Origin: an uncultured Aquirufa sp.
Lineage (GTDB): Bacteria; Bacteroidota; Bacteroidia; Cytophagales; Spirosomataceae
Reading direction: 5' to 3'
DNA: 64,000 nt
Assembly: GCA_964618445.1 (NCBI GenBank)
Contig: CAZUAZ010000001.1
Coordinates: 3,577 to 67,576, forward strand
Made by a program: the position numbers and the translations under genes. Below, piece after piece: positions 1-10,403 of this stretch (its first letter is position 1; every line of letters starts with the position of its first letter). The notes beneath the pieces are model-generated. The model made no database searches. It was not told the origin of the DNA and saw only the letters and a program-made list of their open reading frames with translations.

Positions 1-1
1 G

Positions 2-1564
2 TTTATTGCGCGTGCCAAACAAATGCAAATCAATTTGCTCGTTATCGATGAAGCTCACTGCATCTCCCAATGGGGATACGACTTCCGGCCGGCCTATTTA
101 GAAATTATCAATTTCAAGCAACTAATACCGGAATCTACCCCATGTATTGCGCTAACCGCATCTGCAAATCAGGAAGTCCAACAAGATATACTGGATAAAT
201 TACAGCTTAAAAATCCTAAGGTCTTTCAAAAAAGTTTCCAACGGGCTAACCTATCCTATTCATGTTTGTGGGTGGAGGACAAAGAACCTCAACTGTTCAA
301 CATGCTAAAGAAAGTAGGTGGCTCTTCGATTGTCTACGCACGCAACCGAAGAAAAACGCAGGAAATCGCTGCATATCTACAAAAACAAGGAATAAAAGCC
401 GATTTTTACCACGCAGGCTTGAGTCCAGACCAACGAACTAGCCGACAAAAAGCATGGATTGCTAATCAAATCCAATGCATCGTGGCAACCAATGCTTTTG
501 GGATGGGTATCGATAAATCAGATGTTCGCCTGGTCGTCCATGTGGATCTGCCTGATTCTTTAGAAGCCTATTACCAAGAGGCCGGTCGGGCGGGAAGAGA
601 TGAACAAAAAGCGTTTGCCGTGGCGATGGTCGAAGAAAACGATCTGCTTGAGCTACAGAAAAACTGGGAAAAATCATTCCCAAGTGCAGAAGTTCTTCAA
701 AAAACCTACCAAGCCATGAGTAATTTCTTGCAAATCGCGGCAGGAAGTGGAGAACTAAGTACCTATGATTTTGACTGGACTGAAATGGCGCGCAGATTCC
801 AATTACCCACCTCGGAGACGTTTTATGCACTAAAAACACTTGAATCTGAAGGATTATTCCTGATGAGCGATGCTTTTCAAAATCCATCCAAAATCAAGAT
901 TCAGGTCAATGCCACTGAACTTTACGACTTCCAAATTCGAAATGAAAAATTCGAATCCTTCTTGAAGTTTTTACTGAGGCAATTTGGCGGGAATTTATAC
1001 ACCCAATTCGTATCAATTTCTGAAGCGTCACTAAGTATCCAACTTAAAGTTCCCGTCGAAGAAATCGAACGTTACTTAAACCTATTGGCCAAATTCGAAA
1101 TCATCGAATACGAAAAACAAAATGGATTACCCAAGCTTACCTTACTGACTCCACGCGCAAACATCGATAATCTGCCCATTACCTGGTCCGAGTACCTACA
1201 AAAAAAAGAGCGTAGTAAATCAAAAATCGATGCCGTTGAATCCTATGTTCGTGACCAAAAAACATGTCGTACGCGAAAGATCAGTGCGTATTTTGGTGAG
1301 CAATTACACATTAATTGTGGCGTGTGCGATATATGTGTTCAACGTAAAAAAGAACAAAATGGCCGTGCTTTCCCTGAAGGCTTGGAAGTCGAGCAAAAAT
1401 TAATTCTTAATTACCTGAAAAATGGGCCGATGACCCTAGAAGATTTGACCGACTGCCTCCGCCCACTCACGCGAACAGAGGCAGCTAAAGTCATTCAATA
1501 TTGCTTAGAAGCTGGTCAGATTAGTTATACCTCAGCAGATACAATCGCCTTAGTTTCCTCCTGA
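2..1564 (+). CDS. recQ: RecQ-family ATP-dependent DNA helicase (5' end lies outside the window)
   Basis: DEAH-CISQWGYDFRP, TATA-like TASA, ATNAFGMGIDK, YYQEAGRAGRD and Zn-binding C..CGVCDIC motifs. The frame stays open to the window edge. Confidence 0.9.
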   Translation, partial: FIARAKQMQINLLVIDEAHCISQWGYDFRPAYLEIINFKQLIPESTPCIALTASANQEVQQDILDKLQLKNPKVFQKSFQRANLSYSCLWVEDKEPQLFNMLKKVGGSSIVYARNRRKTQEIAAYLQKQGIKADFYHAGLSPDQRTSRQKAWIANQIQCIVATNAFGMGIDKSDVRLVVHVDLPDSLEAYYQEAGRAGRDEQKAFAVAMVEENDLLELQKNWEKSFPSAEVLQKTYQAMSNFLQIAAGSGELSTYDFDWTEMARRFQLPTSETFYALKTLESEGLFLMSDAFQNPSKIKIQVNATELYDFQIRNEKFESFLKFLLRQFGGNLYTQFVSISEASLSIQLKVPVEEIERYLNLLAKFEIIEYEKQNGLPKLTLLTPRANIDNLPITWSEYLQKKERSKSKIDAVESYVRDQKTCRTRKISAYFGEQLHINCGVCDICVQRKKEQNGRAFPEGLEVEQKLILNYLKNGPMTLEDLTDCLRPLTRTEAAKVIQYCLEAGQISYTSADTIALVSS

Positions 1565-4020
1565 AAAACGAATTGAACAGGCTTTTTAACCTGCTCCGAT
1601 AACAAGGCAAGCGCCAACACTTCCGTTGCATGTTCCACATAATGGAATCGAAGATCAGCAATGTAATGAGGCTCAATCTCCTCTACATCCTTGCGGTTCT
1701 TTACACACATGATGATCTCCTTTATTCCAGCACGTTTAGCCGCCAAAATTTTCTCTTTAATTCCACCCACTGGGAGGACTTTCCCACGTAACGTAATTTC
1801 GCCAGTCATCGCTAAATTCGATTTTACACGGCGCTGTGTTAATGCCGAAGCAATGGCAGTTAACATGGTTATACCTGCTGATGGACCATCCTTTGGAACA
1901 GCTCCTGCAGGAACGTGAATATGTAAATTATACTGATCAAAAATTCGGTAATCAATGCCGTAATCATCCGCATGTGCCTTCAAGAAACTTAAGGCTGCAA
2001 CTGCTGACTCCTTCATCACATCACCCAGCTGCCCTGATAATGTCAGCTGCCCTTTACCTTTATTCAGTAGCGTTTCGATAAATAAAATATCACCACCCAC
2101 AGGCGTCCAAGCCAAACCAGTGACCACACCGGCATAGTCATTATTCTCGTACGAATCATTTTCAAATACCTCTTGGCCTAACATCCGAACGATGTCAGCA
2201 GGTACCACTTTGGCTGGAAAGGTTTCCCCGATGGCAATCGATTTAGTAATCTTACGAACGACACGCCCAATCTCTTGCTCCAGTTTCCGCACGCCTGATT
2301 CGCGTGTATATCCTTCGATTAATTTTTGGATTGCTGCATCAGATAAAGTAAAGCTTGACTTTTCTAAGCCATGCTCCGATTTCTGCTTAGGTATCAAATG
2401 TTTTTTAGCAATCTGCACCTTTTCCTCCATGGTGTACCCACTCACCTCAATGATTTCCATCCGATCACGCAAAGCTGGATGAATCGTATCCAGATTATTT
2501 GCTGTCGCGATAAACATCACACGCGACAAATCGTATTCTACTTCGAGATAATTATCTAAAAAACTATTGTTTTGCTCTGGATCCAACACCTCTAATAAGG
2601 CAGATTGTGGATCACCCCGATGATCTCCTCCTACCTTATCAATCTCATCTAAGATGAATACGGGATTGGACGACCCTGCCTTTTTAATGTTTTGAATCAC
2701 TTTTCCCGGCATCGCACCTATGTAGGTTTTCCGGTGTCCACGAATCTCGGACTCATCATGCAAACCACCTAAGGCCATGCGGACATATTTGCGCCCAAGG
2801 GCCTTGGCTACGGATCGACCCAAAGAAGTTTTCCCCACACCTGGAGGGCCGTAAAGGCATAAAATCGGGGCTTTCATGTCACCCTTCATTTTCAAAACTG
2901 CCAAATATTCAATGATGCGCTCTTTGACTTTTTCCAAGCCAAAATGATCAGCATCCAATACCTTTTTTGCCTTTATCAGATCAAAATTATCTTTCGAATA
3001 TTCCGACCATGGCAAGTCTACCAAAAGCTCCACATAATTCATGAGCATCGGGTATTCGGGCGACATAGAATTGGTGCGCTGTAATTTGGCAAGCTCCTTA
3101 TGAAAGAAATCATTGACCTCTTTCGTCCATTTTTTCTTTGCTGCCTTCGCACGCAATCCATCTAGTTCCTGCTCTGGACTCTCCACACCTAACTCTTCTT
3201 GTAAAACTTTGATTTGTTGGCGTATGTAATAATCCCGCTGCTGCTGATCAATATCACTCGATGCTTTACTTTGTATTTCGCGTTTCAACTCAAGTAATTG
3301 GATGTCGGTGAGCATGTGCTCCAACAACCTCGTTGCTTGCTCAATCCCGTCAAGTATCTCTAACAAGGCCTGCTTTTCGATTAATTCCGCGTTGATATTG
3401 GATGACAAGAAATGCACCAAATACGAATTGGATTCTATATTATCGAGTGCAATTTGAGCCTCCCGCGGAATCTCAGGATTTAAGTTTAAAATCTTAGTCG
3501 CGTTTTCCTTGAGCGTTGAAATCAAGGCTTTGTTTTCCTTATTCAATTTCTTCGGAAAGGTATCTTCAATGTAGGCTACTTTTGCGATTAAATTAGGTTC
3601 GGTTTTGATGTAATCTTTTACTTCAAATCGCTTGCGACCCTGGACAATAATAGTCGTATTCCCGCCTGGCAACACAAACATTTTTATGATGTGACCTACG
3701 GTTCCAATCTTATACAAATCGTCCGGCTGGGGTTCTTCCTTAGAATTATTGGCTTGCACCAAAACGCCGATCGTCCGATCACCTTTGTATGCTTTCTTAA
3801 CAAGTCGAACGGATTTTTGACGGCTTACCGTAATCGGAATAACCATCCCAGGAAACAAAACAATGTTTCGAATCGGAAGTATCGGTAGTTCATCTGACAA
3901 AACGCCCATTTTGTCATCTTGCCCCATCCCCTCTGATCCGATCGGGATCAATTCTATATTCTCAAAATCAGACATGTCTGATAAGCGCAAATGCTTAAAA
4001 AGGTCGTTTGAATTATTCAT
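1525..4020 (-). CDS. lon: ATP-dependent Lon protease
   Basis: LON N-domain LPILPIRNIVLFPG, Walker A GPPGVGKT, catalytic PKDGPSAG, and KILAA. ATG at 4020 preferred over GTG at 4026. Confidence 0.97.
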   Translation of the reverse strand: MNNSNDLFKHLRLSDMSDFENIELIPIGSEGMGQDDKMGVLSDELPILPIRNIVLFPGMVIPITVSRQKSVRLVKKAYKGDRTIGVLVQANNSKEEPQPDDLYKIGTVGHIIKMFVLPGGNTTIIVQGRKRFEVKDYIKTEPNLIAKVAYIEDTFPKKLNKENKALISTLKENATKILNLNPEIPREAQIALDNIESNSYLVHFLSSNINAELIEKQALLEILDGIEQATRLLEHMLTDIQLLELKREIQSKASSDIDQQQRDYYIRQQIKVLQEELGVESPEQELDGLRAKAAKKKWTKEVNDFFHKELAKLQRTNSMSPEYPMLMNYVELLVDLPWSEYSKDNFDLIKAKKVLDADHFGLEKVKERIIEYLAVLKMKGDMKAPILCLYGPPGVGKTSLGRSVAKALGRKYVRMALGGLHDESEIRGHRKTYIGAMPGKVIQNIKKAGSSNPVFILDEIDKVGGDHRGDPQSALLEVLDPEQNNSFLDNYLEVEYDLSRVMFIATANNLDTIHPALRDRMEIIEVSGYTMEEKVQIAKKHLIPKQKSEHGLEKSSFTLSDAAIQKLIEGYTRESGVRKLEQEIGRVVRKITKSIAIGETFPAKVVPADIVRMLGQEVFENDSYENNDYAGVVTGLAWTPVGGDILFIETLLNKGKGQLTLSGQLGDVMKESAVAALSFLKAHADDYGIDYRIFDQYNLHIHVPAGAVPKDGPSAGITMLTAIASALTQRRVKSNLAMTGEITLRGKVLPVGGIKEKILAAKRAGIKEIIMCVKNRKDVEEIEPHYIADLRFHYVEHATEVLALALLSEQVKKPVQFVFQEETKAIVSAEV

Positions 4021-4075
4021 ACACACTATTTATAATTTCCACCTCGATTTAATTCCAGAAGTGGGACCCTAATTA

Positions 4076-4105
4076 TCAATTTTCATGCCACATGACCATT
4101 TGGCA
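4076..4105 (-). promoter_or_regulatory. Putative sigma54-type (-24/-12) promoter with adjacent TGCCA-N3-GGTCA element upstream of lon
   Basis: The minus strand reads TGGCA-TGAAAA-TTGAT, with the spacing of the TGGCACGNNNNTTGC consensus. Confidence 0.45.
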
Positions 4106-4114
4106 GACATTCAC

Positions 4115-4603
4115 CTATTCGAGCCGTTGAACCCATTCGTTTTTACGGAACAAATAACTTCTTTTTTGCGTACTTCGTACCACTTGTAATAGATTGGTTT
4201 GATCGGGGAATGAATCGGCCAACAAGCGATTTTCAATAAAAACACCGGATAGTTCTTGGTCAGACGGAATTTCAAGATAAACCCAGATCATATCGTCGAC
4301 AGGCTCCCAACCAATCCAGCGATAGGGCGTAGTTCGTTTTTGATTCACCTGAAAGCCAAAATAATTTCGGACGTATTTCTCTAAAATGGGATCGACCTGC
4401 GGGTTTTTTTGAAATGAAAATGGGGCTCCCGAAAATTGACTTATGCCTAAGGTTAAATCATCTTCAAAAAGCCGAATGCTGATTTCCCATACTTTATCCT
4501 TTGCATTGTAGATGCAATCGCCCACGCTAGAATGGAACGGATGCAACGAACGCCCAAAAATGGGCGTCGTCAATAATAGCAATAGGACTAATTTGGCTCT
4601 CAA
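4115..4603 (-). CDS. Exported protein, DUF6702-like
   Basis: Signal peptide followed by HPFHSSV...EISIRLFEDDL, resembling the DUF6702 pattern. Confidence 0.65.
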   Translation of the reverse strand: MRAKLVLLLLLTTPIFGRSLHPFHSSVGDCIYNAKDKVWEISIRLFEDDLTLGISQFSGAPFSFQKNPQVDPILEKYVRNYFGFQVNQKRTTPYRWIGWEPVDDMIWVYLEIPSDQELSGVFIENRLLADSFPDQTNLLQVVRSTQKRSYLFRKNEWVQRLE

Positions 4604-4605
4604 GC

Positions 4606-5985
4606 TTAGAAAAATACTTTAAAAATATCGTTACCAAAAGTATAGGCCATTAAGGCTAATAAGATCAACATACCTACTTGCTGGGCCTTTTCCAATACCT
4701 TTTCGGAAGCAGGTTTCCCCGTAATCATTTCATATATCAAGAAAATCGCATGCCCGCCGTCCAAGGCAGGAATAGGCAAAATGTTCATGAAGGCAAGTGC
4801 CATGGATAACAATCCGGTCAACATCCAGAAACGCGTCCAATCCCAGACTCCGCCAAACATTTGAGCAATACCAATGGGACCACTCAAGGCTTTCGACGCC
4901 GAAACATCACCAGAAGCGATTTTCTTAAATCCACGCACGTTATCTGAAATAACTGAAAATGCCCGACCAGAACCAATGCTTAGTGCTTGGCCAAAATTAT
5001 AGTCCTCGTGTGTCATTTGAATTAACAATTCAGGGGCAAAACCAATTTGGCCTGTTTTCGCTACAACCATTTCTAAGGTATCTGCTTTGCCTTGACGGAG
5101 AATGCCTAAACGAATAGACTTTCCTGCTTCTTTCGAAATCGCCTCTTTTGCCTCATGGTAAAAGTGAATTGGCGTTTGATTAACGGATGTAATGTAATCT
5201 CCCTCTTTTAACCCGGCTGAGAATGCCGGCAACATCTCTCCTGAAGGCCCCCCAAACATTGAAGGCTGCTCTGGAGCTACCACCGCTGCTACTTTAAAAG
5301 CAGCCATTGGCTCAATGAAACCAGCTTTTTTATCGCTCAATTTCTCAATAAAATCAGAAGGAATTTTCACCTCAATTGTTTGGTCGCCACGTAAGACGGT
5401 GTAGGAAGAATTATCGCCCAACAACACATCGGAAGTACGCAAGTCGGCAAGCGACTTAAAATCAGAACCATTTACTTTCTCAATCTTATCACCCGTTTGT
5501 AGACCAATTTGCTTTCCTAATTCTAGGGCTACAATTCCGTTCTTATTTAATTCCGTTTTTGAAATGTAGTTATTGCCATTGGAATAAGTCAAACAAACAA
5601 AGATGACTACACCAGTGATTACGTTTACGATTACACCACCAAGCATCACAATGAGTCGCTGCCAAGCTGGTTTCGCGCGGAATTCCCACGGTTCAGGCTC
5701 TTTTGCTAAGTCGGCCGCATCCTGCGTTTCATCGATCATTCCAGCAATCGATACATATCCACCGAGCGGGAACCAGCCAAGACCATATTCTGTATCCCCT
5801 ACCTTCTTTTTGAATAAGGCAAAATTCAATACGGTGGGAATTGGGAAAAGAAAATCAAAAAACAGATAAAATTTTTCAACGCGCATTTTGAACCATTTGG
5901 CGGTAATAAAGTGGCCAAACTCGTGTAACGTCACTAAAATCGACAGCCCTAAGATCAGCTGCCCTGCCATAATCAAACCTTCCAT
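4606..5985 (-). CDS. rseP: RIP metalloprotease RseP (site-2 protease, PDZ domains)
   Basis: HEFGH and NILPIPALDGG motifs. Lies downstream of dxr as is usual. Confidence 0.95.
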   Translation of the reverse strand: MEGLIMAGQLILGLSILVTLHEFGHFITAKWFKMRVEKFYLFFDFLFPIPTVLNFALFKKKVGDTEYGLGWFPLGGYVSIAGMIDETQDAADLAKEPEPWEFRAKPAWQRLIVMLGGVIVNVITGVVIFVCLTYSNGNNYISKTELNKNGIVALELGKQIGLQTGDKIEKVNGSDFKSLADLRTSDVLLGDNSSYTVLRGDQTIEVKIPSDFIEKLSDKKAGFIEPMAAFKVAAVVAPEQPSMFGGPSGEMLPAFSAGLKEGDYITSVNQTPIHFYHEAKEAISKEAGKSIRLGILRQGKADTLEMVVAKTGQIGFAPELLIQMTHEDYNFGQALSIGSGRAFSVISDNVRGFKKIASGDVSASKALSGPIGIAQMFGGVWDWTRFWMLTGLLSMALAFMNILPIPALDGGHAIFLIYEMITGKPASEKVLEKAQQVGMLILLALMAYTFGNDIFKVFF

Positions 5986-5987
5986 AC

Positions 5988-7151
5988 CTATTTCTTTAAT
6001 TTACAAACCCATTCTTGGGCCATTATTCGTGTAATTTTATCTGTATTTACGTAATCCTCTAAGCTCGGCGAAGTCAAAAAAGTTCCCTGAGCCATGCAAT
6101 TTGATAACAAATCTGACATCTGCAGGAATCCGATTTCATCTTTCAAAAATGCGTCAACGGCAACTTCATTGGCAGCATTTAAAATACAAGGCATATTCCC
6201 TCCCTTTTCTAATGCTTGAAACGCAAGGCCCAAATTCCGAAATGTTTCCACATTCGGCTGCTCAAAAGTCAAGGAAGCGTAATCTTTGAAATCAAATCTT
6301 GGGAAATTCGCCTGCATGCGATTAGGATACCCTAAGGCAAATTGAATGGGTAATTTCATGTCGGGCAAACCCAGTTGCGCCTTAATTGAGCCATCCTCAA
6401 ATTGAACCAATGAATGAACAATGGATTGCGGATGAACCACCACATCAATTTGAGAAGCATGAACATCAAACAACCAAGCGGCTTCAATCACCTCCAAGCC
6501 CTTGTTCATGAGACTAGCAGAGTCAATAGTAATCTTCGCTCCCATGGTCCAATTGGGATGTTTCAACGCTTGGGCACGCGTTACTTGTGCTAAATCTTCG
6601 CGCTTCTTTCCTCGGAATGGTCCTCCAGAAGCAGTCAAAATGACCTTTTCAATCGGATTGTGCGACTCGCCCATCAGACATTGAAAAATGGCTGAATGTT
6701 CGGAATCAACTGGTAAAATGGGCACACCCATTTCACGCGCTAATGGCATAATAAGTGCACCAGCGACAACCAATGTTTCTTTATTGGCTAAGGCTATTGG
6801 CTTACCTGCTTTGATTGCTTTCACAGTAGGAAGTAATCCAGCATATCCGACCAAAGCCGTCAATACAACGTCCACATGATCATAGCAAACAACTTCTTGT
6901 AAGGCTTCTGCTCCGGCTAAAACTTCAATAGCTGTTCCTGATAGCGCATGTTTGACAAATGTATATTTTGCCTCATCACCGATCACCACATGTCTAGGAT
7001 GAAATTGTAAGGCTTGTTCGACTAATAAATCAGCGTTTGATTGGGCTGTTAATACGGTAACTTCAAACGCATCGGGATGCTGCTTGATAACGTCTAACGC
7101 TTGTGTTCCGATGGATCCAGTCGATCCTAAAATAGCAATCCGTTTAATCAT
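5988..7151 (-). CDS. dxr: 1-deoxy-D-xylulose-5-phosphate reductoisomerase
   Basis: ILGSTGSIG, LANKE, PVDSEH and HPNWTMGAKITIDSA motifs. The start at 7151 gives an ATGA overlap with the upstream gene. Confidence 0.97.
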   Translation of the reverse strand: MIKRIAILGSTGSIGTQALDVIKQHPDAFEVTVLTAQSNADLLVEQALQFHPRHVVIGDEAKYTFVKHALSGTAIEVLAGAEALQEVVCYDHVDVVLTALVGYAGLLPTVKAIKAGKPIALANKETLVVAGALIMPLAREMGVPILPVDSEHSAIFQCLMGESHNPIEKVILTASGGPFRGKKREDLAQVTRAQALKHPNWTMGAKITIDSASLMNKGLEVIEAAWLFDVHASQIDVVVHPQSIVHSLVQFEDGSIKAQLGLPDMKLPIQFALGYPNRMQANFPRFDFKDYASLTFEQPNVETFRNLGLAFQALEKGGNMPCILNAANEVAVDAFLKDEIGFLQMSDLLSNCMAQGTFLTSPSLEDYVNTDKITRIMAQEWVCKLKK

Positions 7152-7774
7152 AGCATGGCTTTGATTTGTTGAACAAATGTTAACCAAACTTGCGGATAAG
7201 TCAGTGTCATGAAAACGATGCCATAACCTGCACCGTACAAATGAGCTGAATGATTCACATAATCTCGTCCTCGCTTATCCATCTCAATAGAATACCAAGT
7301 GAACAAACCTGCGTAGATAAATCCTGGAATACCTAAGAGGCCAAAGAGATAAATTTTCTCGGTAGGAAAAAATAAAATTCCGGCAAAAATGACGGCCGAA
7401 ACAGCTCCAGAAGCTCCCAGGGAATTAAAATATGGATTTTTTTGCTGCTTGAAATAGGTAGGCAAATCTGCAGCAACGATAGCCGATAAATAAAATAGCA
7501 CGAACATGGCCACCCCATATCCAGGAAATATCATGTTAAAAATGTACTCTAATTGACCTCCAAAAAAGTAAAACGAGAACAGGTTAAAAAACAAATGAGT
7601 AAAGTCGGCATGAATAAACCCAGAAGTTAAAAACCGCCAATATTCATGCTTTTTCGCAATTCGATATGGATTCATGGTCATAGCGTTCATCCAGCTAGAC
7701 TTTTGCATAGCTAGGACGGAGATTGCCACGGTAATTACCATGATCAGTAAGCTAATTGACATTGATTGATCCAT
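7148..7774 (-). CDS. Rhomboid-family intramembrane serine protease
   Basis: WRFLT, HLFFN, GASG and AHLYG motifs. Confidence 0.9.
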   Translation of the reverse strand: MDQSMSISLLIMVITVAISVLAMQKSSWMNAMTMNPYRIAKKHEYWRFLTSGFIHADFTHLFFNLFSFYFFGGQLEYIFNMIFPGYGVAMFVLFYLSAIVAADLPTYFKQQKNPYFNSLGASGAVSAVIFAGILFFPTEKIYLFGLLGIPGFIYAGLFTWYSIEMDKRGRDYVNHSAHLYGAGYGIVFMTLTYPQVWLTFVQQIKAML

Positions 7775-7779
7775 AACAT

Positions 7780-7803
7780 AAAAAAGCTCCGCGAGGAAGC
7801 TTT
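7780..7803 (-). terminator. Possible intrinsic terminator after the polyprenyl synthase
   Basis: The minus strand reads AAAGCTTCC-TCGC-GGAGCTTTTTT. Confidence 0.5.
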
Positions 7804-7823
7804 GACAAGACTACAAAACTACA

Positions 7824-8801
7824 CTAAACTTCTCGATCAACCAACCCGGCCATAAACTTGCTCAAGGCAGATTTTTTATCTGGTTCGATGGGTAGCAACC
7901 TTACGGCTTCAAAAGCTTGATCAAAATACGCATTGATTTTGGCTTCCGTTTCTTTTCGAATTCCCAAATCTGTATATAGCTGAGTTACGGCACGTACTTT
8001 TTCCTGAGGATTTGGGTTGGGTCTTTGTACCCAATCTGTGAGTGACGCTAACTGCTCACCTTTGGCAGTTTCAAAAGCACGTATCAACAAATAGGTTTTT
8101 TTATTTGCCAGGATGTCTCCACCTACTTGCTTGCCAAATTTCTTCGGGTCACCGTACACATCGAGTAAATCATCTTTCAATTGAAAACCTAAACCTACCG
8201 CTTCACCAATCGCATACAATGCCTGGGAAGTTGGCTTATCCATTTCTGCCAAAATTGCCCCCATTTCCATGGATAACCCAATTAACACCGATGTTTTTAA
8301 TCGGATCATTTCGATGTATTCCTCCACGCTAACTTCAGCACGCGTTTCGAAATTCATGTCCATTTGTTGGCCCTCACAAACCTCCGCTGCTGTCCGATTA
8401 AAGCGCGTCAATAAATACTGATAGGCAGTTAAACTCAGATGATCACATTGATTCAGGTATTGATAGGCATTAACGAGCATGACATCCCCCGAGAGAATGG
8501 CGATGTTGTCATTCCATTTTTCATGGACGGTTGGCTTGCCTCTACGAAGCGGCGCTTTGTCCATAATGTCGTCGTGCATCAGCGTGAAATTGTGGAAAAT
8601 TTCAATCGACAAAGCCGAGGGGACGACTTTTTCCCAGTCTGATTTAAATAGGGAGTAGCTCAACAAACATAAGACGGGGCGAATGCGCTTCCCTCCCAAT
8701 TGCATGAGGTATTGAATTGGATCATACAATTCTTTGGGCTCCTTACCCATTTGTTGGCGACTTATCTCTGCTTCTAAGGCAGGCAAAAATGCGTGTGTCA
8801 T
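7824..8801 (-). CDS. Polyprenyl (FPP/GGPP) synthetase
   Basis: GGKRIRP, HDDIMD..RRG, GQQMD, KT and FQLKDDLLD motifs. Confidence 0.93.
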   Translation of the reverse strand: MTHAFLPALEAEISRQQMGKEPKELYDPIQYLMQLGGKRIRPVLCLLSYSLFKSDWEKVVPSALSIEIFHNFTLMHDDIMDKAPLRRGKPTVHEKWNDNIAILSGDVMLVNAYQYLNQCDHLSLTAYQYLLTRFNRTAAEVCEGQQMDMNFETRAEVSVEEYIEMIRLKTSVLIGLSMEMGAILAEMDKPTSQALYAIGEAVGLGFQLKDDLLDVYGDPKKFGKQVGGDILANKKTYLLIRAFETAKGEQLASLTDWVQRPNPNPQEKVRAVTQLYTDLGIRKETEAKINAYFDQAFEAVRLLPIEPDKKSALSKFMAGLVDREV

Positions 8802-8802
8802 A

Positions 8803-10017
8803 TTATCTATCTACTTCGCCCATCACTAAGTCCATGGAACCGATGATGGCTACTAAATCTGCTAAATAGGCTCCTTTGGCCAAATCTGGAATTACGGAAA
8901 GGTGGTGAAATGAACAGGCGCGCACCTTCATGCGTGATGGGATGTCTGATTTACCATCGGCACGAATAAAGAATCCGAGTTCTCCTTTCGGATTTTCAGC
9001 CCTTACGTACATATCTTGTGCGGCTGGTCGTATTTTTTTCGGAACAAATTCCTGGGGATTAAACGCTGGGGTACGCTTATGTTCACCAGTTAGTGCTTCC
9101 AAACATTGCTCAATAATTCGAATGGATTCAATGCATTCAAGTACGCGCACATGATTTCGATCCCAGCAATCACCCGTTTGACCGTGTAAACCTGCCCCGA
9201 CAGGTATATCAAATTCCAATTCAGGATAAACAGAATAACCATCTACACGTCGCAAATCAAATGCCAAACCTGAACCACGTAATACCGGTCCAGTGCAGCC
9301 TGCGTTTATGGCTAGATTTAGGGGTAAAATACCTACATTGGCCGTACGCTTGATGAAAATACTATTTCCTTCGACGATTTCTTGGACTTCACGAATCGTA
9401 TTTTTTAATACGGAGATTAATTCCGCACAACGCTCCTCGAAGCCTACGGGTAAATCGTAAAACAATCCACCAACCCAAACATAGTTATACAACATTCGGG
9501 CGCCGGACAGCCATTCCAATAAGCGCTGAATATGCTCGCGATCACGCATGAGCCATAAAAATGGTGTGTATGCGCCAATATCCAACCCATAGGTCCCAAC
9601 AGCCACAAAATGTGAAGCGATGCGGTTTAATTCCGCGACTAAAACACGAATGTATTCAATGCGTTTGGGTAGCGTTCCTGTAATGCCCAACATCTTTTCG
9701 ATACCCATCACGTAGGCGTGCTCTGAGTTCATGGAGGCCATGTAATCAAGGCGGTCTACGTAAGGAATGATTTGATTGTAGGGCAAAGATTGGGCGTGCT
9801 TTTCGAAGCAGCGGTGCAAATAACCTAAATGCGGGACCACGTCTACGATGAGTTCACCGTCGGAAATGACTTCCAATCGTAATACACCGTGCGTGGATGG
9901 GTGTTGTGGCCCGAGCGAAATGATCATCTCTTCTGCTTTCAAGTCGGCCAAATCATATTGATTAGGATCTGAAAGATGAAAATTCTCCGGACGGAAATCG
10001 TATTGAATGGAATTCAT
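8803..10017 (-). CDS. nuoD: NADH-quinone oxidoreductase subunit D
   Basis: [35 protein letters not shown] and C-terminal GEVDR. Confidence 0.93.
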   Translation of the reverse strand: MNSIQYDFRPENFHLSDPNQYDLADLKAEEMIISLGPQHPSTHGVLRLEVISDGELIVDVVPHLGYLHRCFEKHAQSLPYNQIIPYVDRLDYMASMNSEHAYVMGIEKMLGITGTLPKRIEYIRVLVAELNRIASHFVAVGTYGLDIGAYTPFLWLMRDREHIQRLLEWLSGARMLYNYVWVGGLFYDLPVGFEERCAELISVLKNTIREVQEIVEGNSIFIKRTANVGILPLNLAINAGCTGPVLRGSGLAFDLRRVDGYSVYPELEFDIPVGAGLHGQTGDCWDRNHVRVLECIESIRIIEQCLEALTGEHKRTPAFNPQEFVPKKIRPAAQDMYVRAENPKGELGFFIRADGKSDIPSRMKVRACSFHHLSVIPDLAKGAYLADLVAIIGSMDLVMGEVDR

Positions 10018-10133
10018 TAAACAAAAATGAAGAAACTATGGGAGAAATAAAAGCCTCCAAGATGTATTTGAGCGGTATCTTACTTGAAGAGATTGAAATT
10101 GTCAGTTTTTTCATAGATATTTTCAGTAAAGGT

Positions 10134-10164
10134 TTTGGCAAAAAAAATAATTCTTCTACCTTTG
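10134..10164 (+). promoter_or_regulatory. Bacteroidota housekeeping promoter for rpmG
   Basis: TTTG-N19-TACCTTTG matches the -33/-7 consensus. Confidence 0.8.
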
Positions 10165-10202
10165 CAATCCGTTTCGAACAGAGGCGTAACCAATTTACAA
10201 TT

Positions 10203-10385
10203 ATGGCAAAGAAAGGAAATCGCATTCAGGTAATCTTAGAATGCACGGAGCACAAAGAGTCGGGTCTACCAGGAATGTCTCGTTATATTACAACGAAGAA
10301 CCGTAAAAACACGACTGCACGTATTGAGTTGAAGAAATACAACCCAGTATTGAAGAAAGTTACTCTACACAAAGAAATTAAATAG
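10203..10385 (+). CDS. rpmG: 50S ribosomal protein L33
   Basis: [18 protein letters not shown]...ELKKYNP...HKEIK. The true start is 10203, not the track's 10038. Confidence 0.97.
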   Translation: MAKKGNRIQVILECTEHKESGLPGMSRYITTKNRKNTTARIELKKYNPVLKKVTLHKEIK

Positions 10386-10403
10386 GTTTAATACCCAGGA
10401 ATT

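Noticed and set aside
10038-10202. N-terminal extension of L33 (similar extensions on atpD, dxr, yjjG, porV, marR and fructosamine kinase)
   Set aside because: These extensions span promoter elements or neighbouring genes. Family-typical N-termini start at downstream ATGs.
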